Shown: positions 38,300 through 48,038 of the stretch, in pieces
Layout: each line of letters begins with the position of its first letter
Position numbering within the stretch: the stretch's first letter is position 1
Origin: Bacilli bacterium
GTDB lineage: Bacteria > Bacillota_I > Bacilli_A > RFN20 > CAG-826
Length of the DNA: 64,000 bases
Direction of reading: 5' to 3'
NCBI GenBank assembly: GCA_017468925.1
Contig: JAFUHI010000009.1
Coordinates: 360,820 to 424,819 of the forward strand
Position numbers and translations under genes: made by a program
Notes under the pieces: generated by a model
What the model was told of the DNA's origin: nothing
Databases searched by the model: none
The model's input: the letters and a program-made list of their open reading frames with translations, nothing else

Positions 38300-40879
38300 A
38301 TGAAAAAGAGAACTTCTGTTTTATTGTTATCTGTCGCTTTATTGCCAATGATTGTTTCCTGCGGTGGTCGCGATGTAACATCTTCATCGTCGGGCGCTAG
38401 CATCCCGGTTCCCCCTGTCAGCTCATCTTCATCATCGACTTCAGAAATCGACGTTGATAGAGAGGCGGCAAGAGTCGTAGAGGAGATGATCGATGCGCTT
38501 AATGATTCATCTACGATCGAAGAAATTGAGGCGGTTGTTGCCGCATATAATAATCTGACAGAAAGGCAGAAGAACTTTGTTTCAAATAGAGATAAATTGG
38601 CGGAATATGAAGAGATGATTGAATATTATCGCCAAGTGCAAATCATAATCTCTTTGATTGATGCCTTAGATGAAAACAATCCTGATGAAGACGCGGTTTC
38701 AGAAGTTATTGTGGCATATAATGCATTGCCGCCTGAGTGGCAAGAAAAAGTAACCAATTCTGATAAACTTGAAAGATGCGAAGTTAAAATCTGTGCTAAA
38801 ATCCTAGAACCACTGTTTACAAAAGCAAATGCTTTGGATTTGACGTTAACCAAAGACTCTGTCCAATTTGCTCTGCTATCCGAAAGAATTGAGAGTTCGC
38901 TTGAGATATTCTCCGCAGAACTTGCTTCAAAAGTTGATGGATATGCTGAATACAAAGCCGCGAAAGAAGAAAACGAAAAGGTTTATTCGATTGCTGTCGA
39001 TGAATATATTTCAACCACTCACGATTTGCCAGATGGCAAGGCCGGATGGCCGCTTCCAAAAGAAGAAGATGGTGATTATGGATACTTGTTCCATGAGAAC
39101 CTAAGCGATTATCAATTAAGCGGCCCAGGCAATATCCAAGTGGCTGGAGTCGCCGATTTTTCGCCTTTTAAAAAGATAGGTTTCTTCGTCTCGTGGGCTG
39201 TGAGTGGACAAATAGTCAAGGTGTTAAATGACGAAAGAGACGTATTTTTCGCAGAAACCCCAACTGTAGCGGGAGAATTCCAATATTTCGAGATACCAAC
39301 CTCTTTGCTTCCAGACAAAACAGGTCTCAATTACACGCATATTGCCTCATATTTCGAAGATAGAAGCTTGGGTGCGATGGATGGATATTACATAAGTTCC
39401 ATAGTCGGCATCGGGATAGATGAAACAAAGGCTCAAGAGGATGTTGATGCATTGATTGCCCTAATCAGTTCGCTTGATGAAAACGACCCTGACGAAGAGG
39501 CTGTTTTAGAGGCGAGAGAAAAATACGATGAGCTTCTTGATTTATATTCTGCTGAGTGGCAAGGAAAGGTCACAAACATCGACAAATTGACTAGATGCGA
39601 GGCAATCGTATCGGTCAGGATGATAAACAGAATGATCGTGACTGCGAATTCTTTGTCTTTGGAAGAAGAAGCAAAAATCGCTCAATTTGCGATGCTTTCG
39701 GATAGAATTGACTCAATTTTTGATACACTTGACGCTTCAAAAGCCGCTTTGGTTGAAGGGTATGAAACATACTTGGCCAAAAAAGATAATATCGTTTCAG
39801 AAGCGGAAATCGCCTATAGTGGCGACTATCGTTTCTGGGATGGAAGCAAAGACAATTATTTAAAGGAAGCCGACGATGCGGAATTTGGCAAACTCTATTC
39901 GCATGTATTTGATAGAGCCCGCTCTGGAGAAGATAGCGATTCTATCGCAGTCTATCAAAGCAACCAGGGGCAGGATTGGACCAAATACAAAAAGATTGGC
40001 TTTTTTGCGAGATTTGATAAGCCAAACCCGAAGAATGATTTCTTCGTTGTCACGCCTGATTGGGCTGAAACGGTATATATCGTCCCGACATTGGTTGATG
40101 AAGCCACCAATCTATATTATTTCTCAATCGATTTGTCTTCCCTTGCTCATTCTTTTGCCTCGGATACGCAGCTTCAAGTGTATTTCGTAGAGGGAGTTGA
40201 AAAAGTAGATGTTAGTGCGATGGTCGGTTTCCTAAAGATGGATATCAGCGGATTGGTGCAACTAGCAAACGAGCTTGATACGGCCACAAACGCAGCAATC
40301 GCCCGCTTTACCTTGTTAAGCGAGCAAATTGAATCGATATACAATACGCTTGGGGAAGAGAGAAAGGCACTTGTTGAAGGATATGACGAGTATGCCATAA
40401 AACGCGATGAGTTAGCCGCTAGATGCTCAATACTTTACAATCAAATCTTTACGACTTACGATCCGCAGAATGAAGATCAATGGCCCATTATGCCAGTAAA
40501 AGAATCATCTGATTTCGGCATAGTCCACGGCTATGATTTTGGAAGAGATGTAAATGGCGGAATCAATATCTTCTTCAATGACGCGAAAGGAGATAATTGG
40601 GTAGGGAAGAAAGTTGGAATATTCATCCAATTAGATGAAGTTACATCTGACCGTGCCGCCATGATTGGTGATGATTCCTGGAGCGAATGCTCTTGGAGCA
40701 GCCCGCTTCTATATGATGAAGCGAAATATATACATTATTATGAGTTCGATTTATCAAGCGGACTCACACACGCCTTCGAGACAAACCCATATCTTTATGT
40801 ATATTTGAAAAGAGCAGGCGGAGTCGAAGGTAACACCGCCTATGCAAATGTTTCAAATTTTGTTGTGTTCAACGATTAG
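38300..40879 (+). CDS. Large acidic lipoprotein with repeated helical spacers and three beta-sandwich modules
   Basis: Lipobox IVSC; Ser-rich linker; repeats ending V(T/S)N.DKL and V(E/D)GY..Y; KKIGFF-type motif three times. Confidence 0.8.
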   Translation: MKKRTSVLLLSVALLPMIVSCGGRDVTSSSSGASIPVPPVSSSSSSTSEIDVDREAARVVEEMIDALNDSSTIEEIEAVVAAYNNLTERQKNFVSNRDKLAEYEEMIEYYRQVQIIISLIDALDENNPDEDAVSEVIVAYNALPPEWQEKVTNSDKLERCEVKICAKILEPLFTKANALDLTLTKDSVQFALLSERIESSLEIFSAELASKVDGYAEYKAAKEENEKVYSIAVDEYISTTHDLPDGKAGWPLPKEEDGDYGYLFHENLSDYQLSGPGNIQVAGVADFSPFKKIGFFVSWAVSGQIVKVLNDERDVFFAETPTVAGEFQYFEIPTSLLPDKTGLNYTHIASYFEDRSLGAMDGYYISSIVGIGIDETKAQEDVDALIALISSLDENDPDEEAVLEAREKYDELLDLYSAEWQGKVTNIDKLTRCEAIVSVRMINRMIVTANSLSLEEEAKIAQFAMLSDRIDSIFDTLDASKAALVEGYETYLAKKDNIVSEAEIAYSGDYRFWDGSKDNYLKEADDAEFGKLYSHVFDRARSGEDSDSIAVYQSNQGQDWTKYKKIGFFARFDKPNPKNDFFVVTPDWAETVYIVPTLVDEATNLYYFSIDLSSLAHSFASDTQLQVYFVEGVEKVDVSAMVGFLKMDISGLVQLANELDTATNAAIARFTLLSEQIESIYNTLGEERKALVEGYDEYAIKRDELAARCSILYNQIFTTYDPQNEDQWPIMPVKESSDFGIVHGYDFGRDVNGGINIFFNDAKGDNWVGKKVGIFIQLDEVTSDRAAMIGDDSWSECSWSSPLLYDEAKYIHYYEFDLSSGLTHAFETNPYLYVYLKRAGGVEGNTAYANVSNFVVFND

Positions 40880-40887
40880 GGAAAAAT

Positions 40888-42066
40888 ATGGATAATGAAT
40901 TCAAATTTGGTTTCTGGAATTACCTTACTGTCGGGACGATAGATAAGAAAATCGTTCATGAATGGAAAGAGCTTGGCTGCAATCTCTTTATGTCTTTCCG
41001 TTTCCTAAAAGGGAAAAGCGACAAAAATAAGATGATCGAACTTCTCGATGAAGCCCAAAAAGTCGGTGTAAAAGTCATAATAAACGACGAAAGAACAGAA
41101 TATCTTCGATTGAAGGAGATGAGCAAAGAAGAATTTATCGCAAACATAAAAGAAGCGGTGGATGATTTCGGCTCTCATCCTGCCACATATGGATTTTATG
41201 GCGGGGACGAGCCTTTTTCTGATCAAGAAGGCAATTTCGCCTTTACCATGTCGTTATTAAAGAATTTGATGCCAAACAAAACACATTTTGGGAATTTGCT
41301 GCCGTATTGGTCGGGGCTTTTGGGTGAGCCAGACGAGAATAACCGCGAAAATTCGTTTTATTACAAAAAAATAAATCGAATGATACGGGATGGCAAATTA
41401 GGTATTCTCGCTTTTGATCAATATACCCAATGCTACGATGAAACAAGAGACCAAGAAGATGGATTGAGGCGTTTCTTCCTTGGGATGCATCATTTTTTGA
41501 CTCTGGCGAAGTGGAATAATATTCCTTTATACGTCTCACTTCTTTCAATCGGTCATTATTGTTATCGCGATCCAAGCGAAATTGATATAAGATGGCAAAT
41601 CAATGTCGCCGCGGCAATGGGCGCGAAAGGCGTCATATGGTTCTATTTCCACCAAAACGCTTTGGACTATGGGTTCTTCAATCCGCCATTTTTAGGCGAA
41701 AAAGCTTACAAAACCCCCATGTTTGGGAAAATCCAGAGACAACAATATATATTCAACGAAAGATACAAAACGGTTTTCGATAACATCGAAATCGACCATT
41801 GTTATTTCAAGGAGGGCGACTATGGGTTGCCTAAATATACTCCTGATAAGAAATTCGTTGAGAGATTAGATGTGTTTCACAAAGACTACACAACCATTGT
41901 TTCCCTGGGACATTATAGAGACGATAAGAAACACAAAGTCATGATTGTTTTGAACGCAAACCAATATCATAGCAATGCCTTTTCATTATATCGGATGAAT
42001 GGTGATGCCACGCATTTTGATTTATGCGCAGGCGATATGAGAATATTTGATTTTTTTGAAGAATAA
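40888..42066 (+). CDS. Putative TIM-barrel glycoside hydrolase (GH42-like, unassigned), cytoplasmic
   Basis: GDEP, AFDQY, RWQ...AMGAKGVIWF motifs; no signal peptide. Confidence 0.6.
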   Translation: MDNEFKFGFWNYLTVGTIDKKIVHEWKELGCNLFMSFRFLKGKSDKNKMIELLDEAQKVGVKVIINDERTEYLRLKEMSKEEFIANIKEAVDDFGSHPATYGFYGGDEPFSDQEGNFAFTMSLLKNLMPNKTHFGNLLPYWSGLLGEPDENNRENSFYYKKINRMIRDGKLGILAFDQYTQCYDETRDQEDGLRRFFLGMHHFLTLAKWNNIPLYVSLLSIGHYCYRDPSEIDIRWQINVAAAMGAKGVIWFYFHQNALDYGFFNPPFLGEKAYKTPMFGKIQRQQYIFNERYKTVFDNIEIDHCYFKEGDYGLPKYTPDKKFVERLDVFHKDYTTIVSLGHYRDDKKHKVMIVLNANQYHSNAFSLYRMNGDATHFDLCAGDMRIFDFFEE

Positions 42067-42135
42067 AAATATTGATTCGTGCAATCGATTATCTTTTTGC
42101 TAACTCCGTTTCTATACTATTGGTGGAGATAAAAT

Positions 42136-43398
42136 ATGAAAAAAGTTTTTAGCGTGGCGATAATCGGTTGTGGCTCTAGAGGCCTTGATGTCTATGCCTT
42201 CAATATGGTTGAAACCAAAGGGTTTGAAATCGTATCCGTTTGCGACAAAAGAGAAACTCGCATAGAAAGAGCGAAAGAACTATATTCGATTAATCCAGAT
42301 AACTGTTTCCTGGACGAGAACGAATTCTTCAAAGAAAAAAGAGCAGATGTCCTTGTTATAGCCACTCAAGATAGAGACCACGTAAGACAATGCATTAAGG
42401 CGTTAGAGAAAGGGTATGACGTCCTTTTGGAAAAGCCAATTAGCCCAAGCAAAGATGAATGCTTAGCTTTATTAGCCGCCCACAAGAAATACGGCGGGAA
42501 AGTGATTGTATGCCACGTTCTAAGATATGCGCCCGCATATAAGAAGGCCGCAGAATTAATCGATTCTGGCGCAATAGGCAAATTAATTGATATAAACGCT
42601 TTGGAGCAAGTTGGGTATTGGCATATCGCCCATAGTTTTGTCCGTGGCAACTGGAGAAATTCAGAAGAAACATCTCCTATGATTTTGGCCAAATGCTGCC
42701 ACGATATGGATTTGCTTCAATATTTCGCCAAAAGCAAAGCCAAAAGTGTCTCCTCTATAGGCGACCTCTCTTATTTCAAGAAAGAGAACCAGCCCAAAGA
42801 CGCTGCCGATAAATGCGATGAATGCAAATATGATAAGACTTGCCCATATAGTGCTTACCGCACATATGTCGAAAGATGGAAAGAGGCTGGAATGCCTGAT
42901 ACGATGTGGCCGCAAAACGTTGTCTGTCTGGAACATCCTCTTACCGAAGAAAAAATAATTAATGCCTATAAGCACAATAAATATGGCCGCTGCGTATTTG
43001 CTTGCGACAATAATGTCGTTGACCATCAAACAACCAACATATTGTTTGAAAATGGTGTCACCGCTAATCTGACGATGCTTGGCTTTACCCAAACAAATAG
43101 CAGGATTTATCGATTCCATGGCTCTATAGGAGAAATAGTCCTTGATGAGGAGAGAAAGGAATTGGTTTATAAGCCATTTGGCGGCCAAAGTGAAATATTC
43201 CCATTCTCCAAAATATTGAAAACAGAAGTGGGACATGGCGGAGGAGATTTGGCCCTTATTGAAGCTTTATACGATTCACTCACCAATCAAAGCGGCCTTT
43301 CTACAGTTTTAGAATCATCGATAGAAAGTCATTTGATGGCTTTTGCCGCTGAAGCAAGCAGATTAAAAGATGGCAAGGCGATAAATCCACACGAATGA
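42136..43398 (+). CDS. Gfo/Idh/MocA oxidoreductase
   Basis: IIGCGSRG, LLEKP, HSFVRGNWR, LAKCCHDMD, GHGGGD. Confidence 0.93.
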   Translation: MKKVFSVAIIGCGSRGLDVYAFNMVETKGFEIVSVCDKRETRIERAKELYSINPDNCFLDENEFFKEKRADVLVIATQDRDHVRQCIKALEKGYDVLLEKPISPSKDECLALLAAHKKYGGKVIVCHVLRYAPAYKKAAELIDSGAIGKLIDINALEQVGYWHIAHSFVRGNWRNSEETSPMILAKCCHDMDLLQYFAKSKAKSVSSIGDLSYFKKENQPKDAADKCDECKYDKTCPYSAYRTYVERWKEAGMPDTMWPQNVVCLEHPLTEEKIINAYKHNKYGRCVFACDNNVVDHQTTNILFENGVTANLTMLGFTQTNSRIYRFHGSIGEIVLDEERKELVYKPFGGQSEIFPFSKILKTEVGHGGGDLALIEALYDSLTNQSGLSTVLESSIESHLMAFAAEASRLKDGKAINPHE

Positions 43399-43423
43399 AA
43401 ACATTAGTCGTATAATAGATATA

Positions 43424-44290
43424 ATGTTCGACCCGAAAACAACTAAATTCCCATATCCGATTGACACCGATAAACATTATTTAATCGTCAAGAAAAATGA
43501 CGGCACTGTTTTCGATGACAAATACCCATATATTGACAAATCTAAATGGTTCAGATTTAAGCGATGGGTGATGAGGGTTTTGCTTTATATCCTCATGTTC
43601 CCTGTATCAGGAATCAGGATGGGATTGAAAGTCGAAGGCAAGAAGAATCTAAAGAAATATAAAGATGTCATAAACAACGGAATAATATCGGTCTGCAATC
43701 ACGTCCATATGTGGGATTATGCCTCGATTTTGCACGGAATTAGACCATATAAGCCATATATCCTTTCTTGGGCGCCTGATATCAGTGGAGAAAACGGAAA
43801 GATAATAAGACTTGTTGGCGGAATCCCAATCCCAGAAAATGACTTAAGAGCAACCGTAACATACCTTAAAGCAGTGCGGGATTTATTGACGAAAGATAAA
43901 GGTTGGCTTCACATATATTCAGAAGGCAGCATGTGGGAATATTATCAGCCAATTAGACCGTTCAAAAGAGGTGCGGCTTATTTCGCCTGCAAATATGACA
44001 AACCAATTCTGCCGATGGCCTACTCATATAGAAAGCCAGGCTGGATTAGAAGAAAAATATTCCATCAGATCGCTTTATATACCTTGCACATTGGAGAGCC
44101 AATCTATCCAAACAATTCTCTAGAAATCAAAGCGAGAGAAGAAGATCTGACAATCAGAAGTCACGAGGCTGTTTGCCTTTTGGCGGGAATAGACCCAAAA
44201 GAAAACATCTATCCTCCGGTTTTCAATGATTCCAAACGCATTGATTATTACACCAAAGAATATGGAAAAGGCTACAAAGGTTCATGGTAA
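43424..44290 (+). CDS. Lysophospholipid acyltransferase (PlsC-like)
   Basis: NHVHMWD (HX4D), YSEG, PFKRGA. Confidence 0.82.
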   Translation: MFDPKTTKFPYPIDTDKHYLIVKKNDGTVFDDKYPYIDKSKWFRFKRWVMRVLLYILMFPVSGIRMGLKVEGKKNLKKYKDVINNGIISVCNHVHMWDYASILHGIRPYKPYILSWAPDISGENGKIIRLVGGIPIPENDLRATVTYLKAVRDLLTKDKGWLHIYSEGSMWEYYQPIRPFKRGAAYFACKYDKPILPMAYSYRKPGWIRRKIFHQIALYTLHIGEPIYPNNSLEIKAREEDLTIRSHEAVCLLAGIDPKENIYPPVFNDSKRIDYYTKEYGKGYKGSW

Positions 44291-44315
44291 CGCAATTAGC
44301 AATCAAAACTGAATG

Positions 44316-44343
44316 AAATCCCTGTGTTTAACGGGATTTTTTT
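44316..44343 (+). terminator. Rho-independent terminator
   Basis: AAATCCC...GGGATTT followed by a T run. Confidence 0.7.
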
Positions 44344-44369
44344 CTTTGCCTATATATAAATATATAGAT

Positions 44370-44383
44370 TGTAAGCGGTATCA
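44370..44383. promoter_or_regulatory. cre (CcpA/LacI-family) operator candidate
   Basis: TGTAAGCGGTATCA matches TGWNANCGNTNWCA at all positions; intergenic. Confidence 0.5.
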
Positions 44384-44478
44384 AAATTGTAAAAATTGTA
44401 AAACAATAGTCAAATTCATTATTTTTGTCAATTTAGTGTTTATAATTACGCTTATTTGCTAAATAGGAGGAGAACGAA

Positions 44479-45033
44479 ATGAAAATCTCAAGCAAAATCA
44501 CAATCATCGGGGGTATTGGTGCCCTCGCGTTGATCGGCACTGGCTTCGCTGCCTGGCAATTCAACGAATCAAAAACCGAAACACAAGACAGCAATGTCAT
44601 CATCACCCCAGAGGTCAAAGATGGTTCTTTGGTCATTTCCGATCACCCAACATTCTATTTGACACTCGACCAAGATGGCGCTTTCTGGACAACAGTCGAC
44701 TATTCCGCCAAAGAAGAAGCTGTTGCAGATGCGGACAAGATCACCACTTTCGAACTCAAATACACCGGATCTGCAAAAGCCCAGAATGTATCTGATGTCA
44801 CTTTGGAAGTCACATTCACCAAAGATTCCGCCATTGATACTTATGTAACACTTGGAGCTGGATCGTTAGGTGATGCAACCGCCAATGGAAATGTCAAAAC
44901 AGCAACATACACCCTTCCAACATTGACCTACACATCTAGCAAGCCAACAACCGAAGCTGCTTACAAAACAATGAAAACAGCTTTGGCTAGTGCAAAAGTC
45001 ACCTTCACCTTGAAGGCTACCGTTGCTGCTTAA
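44479..45033 (+). CDS. TasA/camelysin-like protein with a SipW-type signal peptide
   Basis: Signal ends GTGFAAW.F; Thr/Ala-rich beta domain; strong SD TAGGAGG; next to a SipW-like peptidase. Confidence 0.65.
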   Translation: MKISSKITIIGGIGALALIGTGFAAWQFNESKTETQDSNVIITPEVKDGSLVISDHPTFYLTLDQDGAFWTTVDYSAKEEAVADADKITTFELKYTGSAKAQNVSDVTLEVTFTKDSAIDTYVTLGAGSLGDATANGNVKTATYTLPTLTYTSSKPTTEAAYKTMKTALASAKVTFTLKATVAA

Positions 45034-45051
45034 TTTTTTCTCAGATAAACA

Positions 45052-45876
45052 ATGTCAACGTTATTGCTGATCACCATTATAGTGGTGGCGGTAGTAACTT
45101 GCTTAGTTATCGGATTAACTCTCCTCGCATATAGCACTGTGTTGAAGTCAGCCAAAAGGCTGGCTTCCACCGGTGTGTTGGACGAGGAATTCTTAAGGGA
45201 TGAAGCCACATCCAAACACCCGATCAAGAAGGTATTTGGAATCATATTGCATGCATTATCAATATTGTTGTGTGTAGGCTTAGTCTCGTTAGCAGTGGTC
45301 GCCGGTGTCTATAAGGCAAAAGGCGAGCAATTCGTATATAACGATCATGTGTCTTTGGTCATTGCCTCTGATTCCATGAAGGAATACTGGGATGATGACT
45401 ACAAAGAGGAACTGATCGGAGAATATAGCGTCTTCGCTGGAGTTTCTGCTGAAGAATCGGATAAAAAGCTATTCTCAGAGCAATTTGAGAAAGGCGATTT
45501 GCTTGATTTTAAGGTAGTTGAAGCGGAAGAAGAGCTAAATCTTTACGACGTATACGGCTATAAGAATAAGAAGAACCAGATTATCACGCATCGACTAATC
45601 GGTGTGGCTACGGATGGATCTCTCATCTTTAGGGGTGATAATACTGGAGGTAGAGACACTTTAGTGTCTAGAGAGCAGGTTGTATACCGCTACGAAGGCC
45701 AAAAAGTAAAAGGACTTGGAATACCCGTCCTATTCTTTGGGTCAGGTTTTGGAATTTATTCCATTATTTCAGTATTGGCGATGTACACCATAAGCGATAT
45801 AGCTATATATAAATATAATAAGATAAAGAAAGATAGGCTAGAGGCCATAAAGGAGTACCATTATGGCAGCAGGTAG
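45052..45876 (+). CDS. sipW: SipW-like (S26B/ER-type) signal peptidase I
   Basis: IASDSM (Ser), GDL, ITHRLI (His), RGDN...D, with TM helices. Confidence 0.75.
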   Translation: MSTLLLITIIVVAVVTCLVIGLTLLAYSTVLKSAKRLASTGVLDEEFLRDEATSKHPIKKVFGIILHALSILLCVGLVSLAVVAGVYKAKGEQFVYNDHVSLVIASDSMKEYWDDDYKEELIGEYSVFAGVSAEESDKKLFSEQFEKGDLLDFKVVEAEEELNLYDVYGYKNKKNQIITHRLIGVATDGSLIFRGDNTGGRDTLVSREQVVYRYEGQKVKGLGIPVLFFGSGFGIYSIISVLAMYTISDIAIYKYNKIKKDRLEAIKEYHYGSR

Positions 45877-46684
45877 AAAGATCAAATACATAACTCTAGC
45901 ATCTTTATTTGCAATATCCTTATCCATAGGCATTGGATATGCTTCTTGGCAATTTAACGACAGCCAATCGTCGTCATTAAATAACAATGTTGGAATCAAT
46001 TCATGGAGATTCAGCCAGGCTTTGCCAATAGAGCCAGGACAAACGATTGATATTTCAAGCAACGGAACGGTTTCGATTGATGGCGAAGTTATAGAAGATG
46101 CGGATATCGAATATCCTGGCGGAGATCCAGAAACTGGTGGCGGTCAGGTTAGCATGAAGATCGGTGTTGACGATGATGGCAATCTTGTCGTGAGCGAGTA
46201 TTCGGCAACTAATATAGGTTCAGAATTTTTAAATTATACACAAAATCTTACGTTCCCCCAGTCAATATCAATTGACGGAAATGAATATAAAATTCTTGGC
46301 ATCTCAGAGCCAATTACGTTAAGTGCACGAGGAGCGTATTGGATTGGCGACAAAACACTGACAATTAATGTTCCAGAAGGATATGAGTATGTGTGTGATG
46401 GCGTATTTGAAAGTTTTACTTTTAGTAATGCAAGCAATCTAAATGTTGTTTACAATCTTCCTTCATCTTTGGCATATCTAGGAAATAATGCATTTAATTT
46501 CGCCACATCTGCCACGATTTCTATCAAATACTCCGGAACTGTAGCGCAATGGAGAGAATTGATTGCAAATTCTGCCGCTGCATACGGAAGCGGATATAAA
46601 TTCTTCTCTGGCGCGACAGGGAACATAACAATAACCTGTTCCGATGGAAATGTTAGATACAACAAGAATGGTGTTGAGCAGTAG
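45863..46684 (+). CDS. Second SipW-type substrate with a BspA-like LRR remnant
   Basis: Signal ends GIGYASWQF; LPSSLAYLGNNAF, YSGTVAQW, ITCSDG. Confidence 0.65.
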   Translation: MAAGRKIKYITLASLFAISLSIGIGYASWQFNDSQSSSLNNNVGINSWRFSQALPIEPGQTIDISSNGTVSIDGEVIEDADIEYPGGDPETGGGQVSMKIGVDDDGNLVVSEYSATNIGSEFLNYTQNLTFPQSISIDGNEYKILGISEPITLSARGAYWIGDKTLTINVPEGYEYVCDGVFESFTFSNASNLNVVYNLPSSLAYLGNNAFNFATSATISIKYSGTVAQWRELIANSAAAYGSGYKFFSGATGNITITCSDGNVRYNKNGVEQ

Positions 46685-46726
46685 TTGTTTTTATAGCCAC
46701 ATCAGATATAATTTGATTTTGAATTT

Positions 46727-47026
46727 ATGGAATTTAATACAATAGATATCATTGGATACGTTGCGACAGCGCTCATCGCAATATCATCATTGCCACAAGT
46801 TATAAAGACAATAATTACCAAAAACACAAAAGGCATCTCTATTTTGATGTTTCTTTTGCTTTTCGTTGGCAACTCGATGTGGTTTGCATACGGCATAGCA
46901 TTAAAGAATTTGCCTATGATTATAGGTAATGCGATAAGCATCCTCCTTTACGCAATCATGATCACATTCAAAATAGTGAATATAGCTAGAGGCAAAGACA
47001 CTTTGCTCAAAAAAGAAGAAGATTAG
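46727..47026 (+). CDS. SemiSWEET / PQ-loop transporter
   Basis: SSLPQVIKT, TKGIS, WFAYG, IIGN; 3 TM. Confidence 0.88.
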   Translation: MEFNTIDIIGYVATALIAISSLPQVIKTIITKNTKGISILMFLLLFVGNSMWFAYGIALKNLPMIIGNAISILLYAIMITFKIVNIARGKDTLLKKEED

Positions 47027-47039
47027 TAACGATATTTGC

Positions 47040-48038
47040 TTATTTTGACCCAATCACATCGTTGGATTGGGTCCTTTTTGTCGCTTTGTTAAAGAAGTAT
47101 GCAATTAGCTGAACAATGCACGCGAAAACGATTGTGAATAATATCGCAAGAAGCGCCTTCAAAGAAAAGATAGATACCAAGACGGTAACATTCATCGCCC
47201 CACACATAAAAGTCTGATTCATCAAATATAATGGATAACAAATTCCATCAATCGTTTTAAGGAACGGCATTTTCAGCCTATTGAGGAAACGCAATGGCAG
47301 AATAAAAAGGAAGAAGCTTGCGAAACCTAATGCTGATGAAGGGATGTTCGTTAACAAAAAGAACAGATATTTATGCAAATTATCTTTATACGTTATGGCA
47401 AGGAAGAAACCAAAGAATGAGATAATGGCGATTATTAACCAAATCAGAAATTTAGATATTTTCCATTTCTCATTCGTTTCAGCGTAATCAGAGAAGGATT
47501 GCCTGCCTATTAGATACGCCGCAATATAGAAGGTTACTATGAAGGCGGTTCCGAAGAAGAGGCAAATTATTCCTTCGACTAATATCGCTGCACCAAGAAG
47601 TATGTATGGAGTCGTATCTTTTCTTTGCAGAAGCGGTGTCAACGCATAGCAAATCGCAATATAAGCTATGTAATAGAAGTTCCCGAATTGGATGAGGAAG
47701 CCTCCATCTGCGACTCGTGAGCCCACAAACAAATCAAAGTAATTGAAATTATTTGTCACAATCATCGCCACAAAATTCCAGATGATCATAATAAGCAAGC
47801 AAATCCCCGCAGGAATAAGGAGTTTCTTTAGGTTTTTGAGGTAAAAACCTTTAATATCTGTGATTGCTTTCTGTGAATAAAGAAATCCGGACAAGGCGGT
47901 TAGACCCTGCACGCCTTTGCTTAAAAGAGATTCATAATCTATCTCTCTTTCCAAGAGAATGAAGAATACATGAAATAGCAACACGCATAAAGTTGCTATA
48001 ATCCTGTATACCGATAGATTATTGTATCGTTTCATCAT
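47040..48038 (-). CDS. Acyltransferase family 3 (OafA-like)
   Basis: RIIATLCVLLFH, LSGFL, YPLYL; about 10 TM. Confidence 0.75.
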   Translation of the reverse strand: MMKRYNNLSVYRIIATLCVLLFHVFFILLEREIDYESLLSKGVQGLTALSGFLYSQKAITDIKGFYLKNLKKLLIPAGICLLIMIIWNFVAMIVTNNFNYFDLFVGSRVADGGFLIQFGNFYYIAYIAICYALTPLLQRKDTTPYILLGAAILVEGIICLFFGTAFIVTFYIAAYLIGRQSFSDYAETNEKWKISKFLIWLIIAIISFFGFFLAITYKDNLHKYLFFLLTNIPSSALGFASFFLFILPLRFLNRLKMPFLKTIDGICYPLYLMNQTFMCGAMNVTVLVSIFSLKALLAILFTIVFACIVQLIAYFFNKATKRTQSNDVIGSK

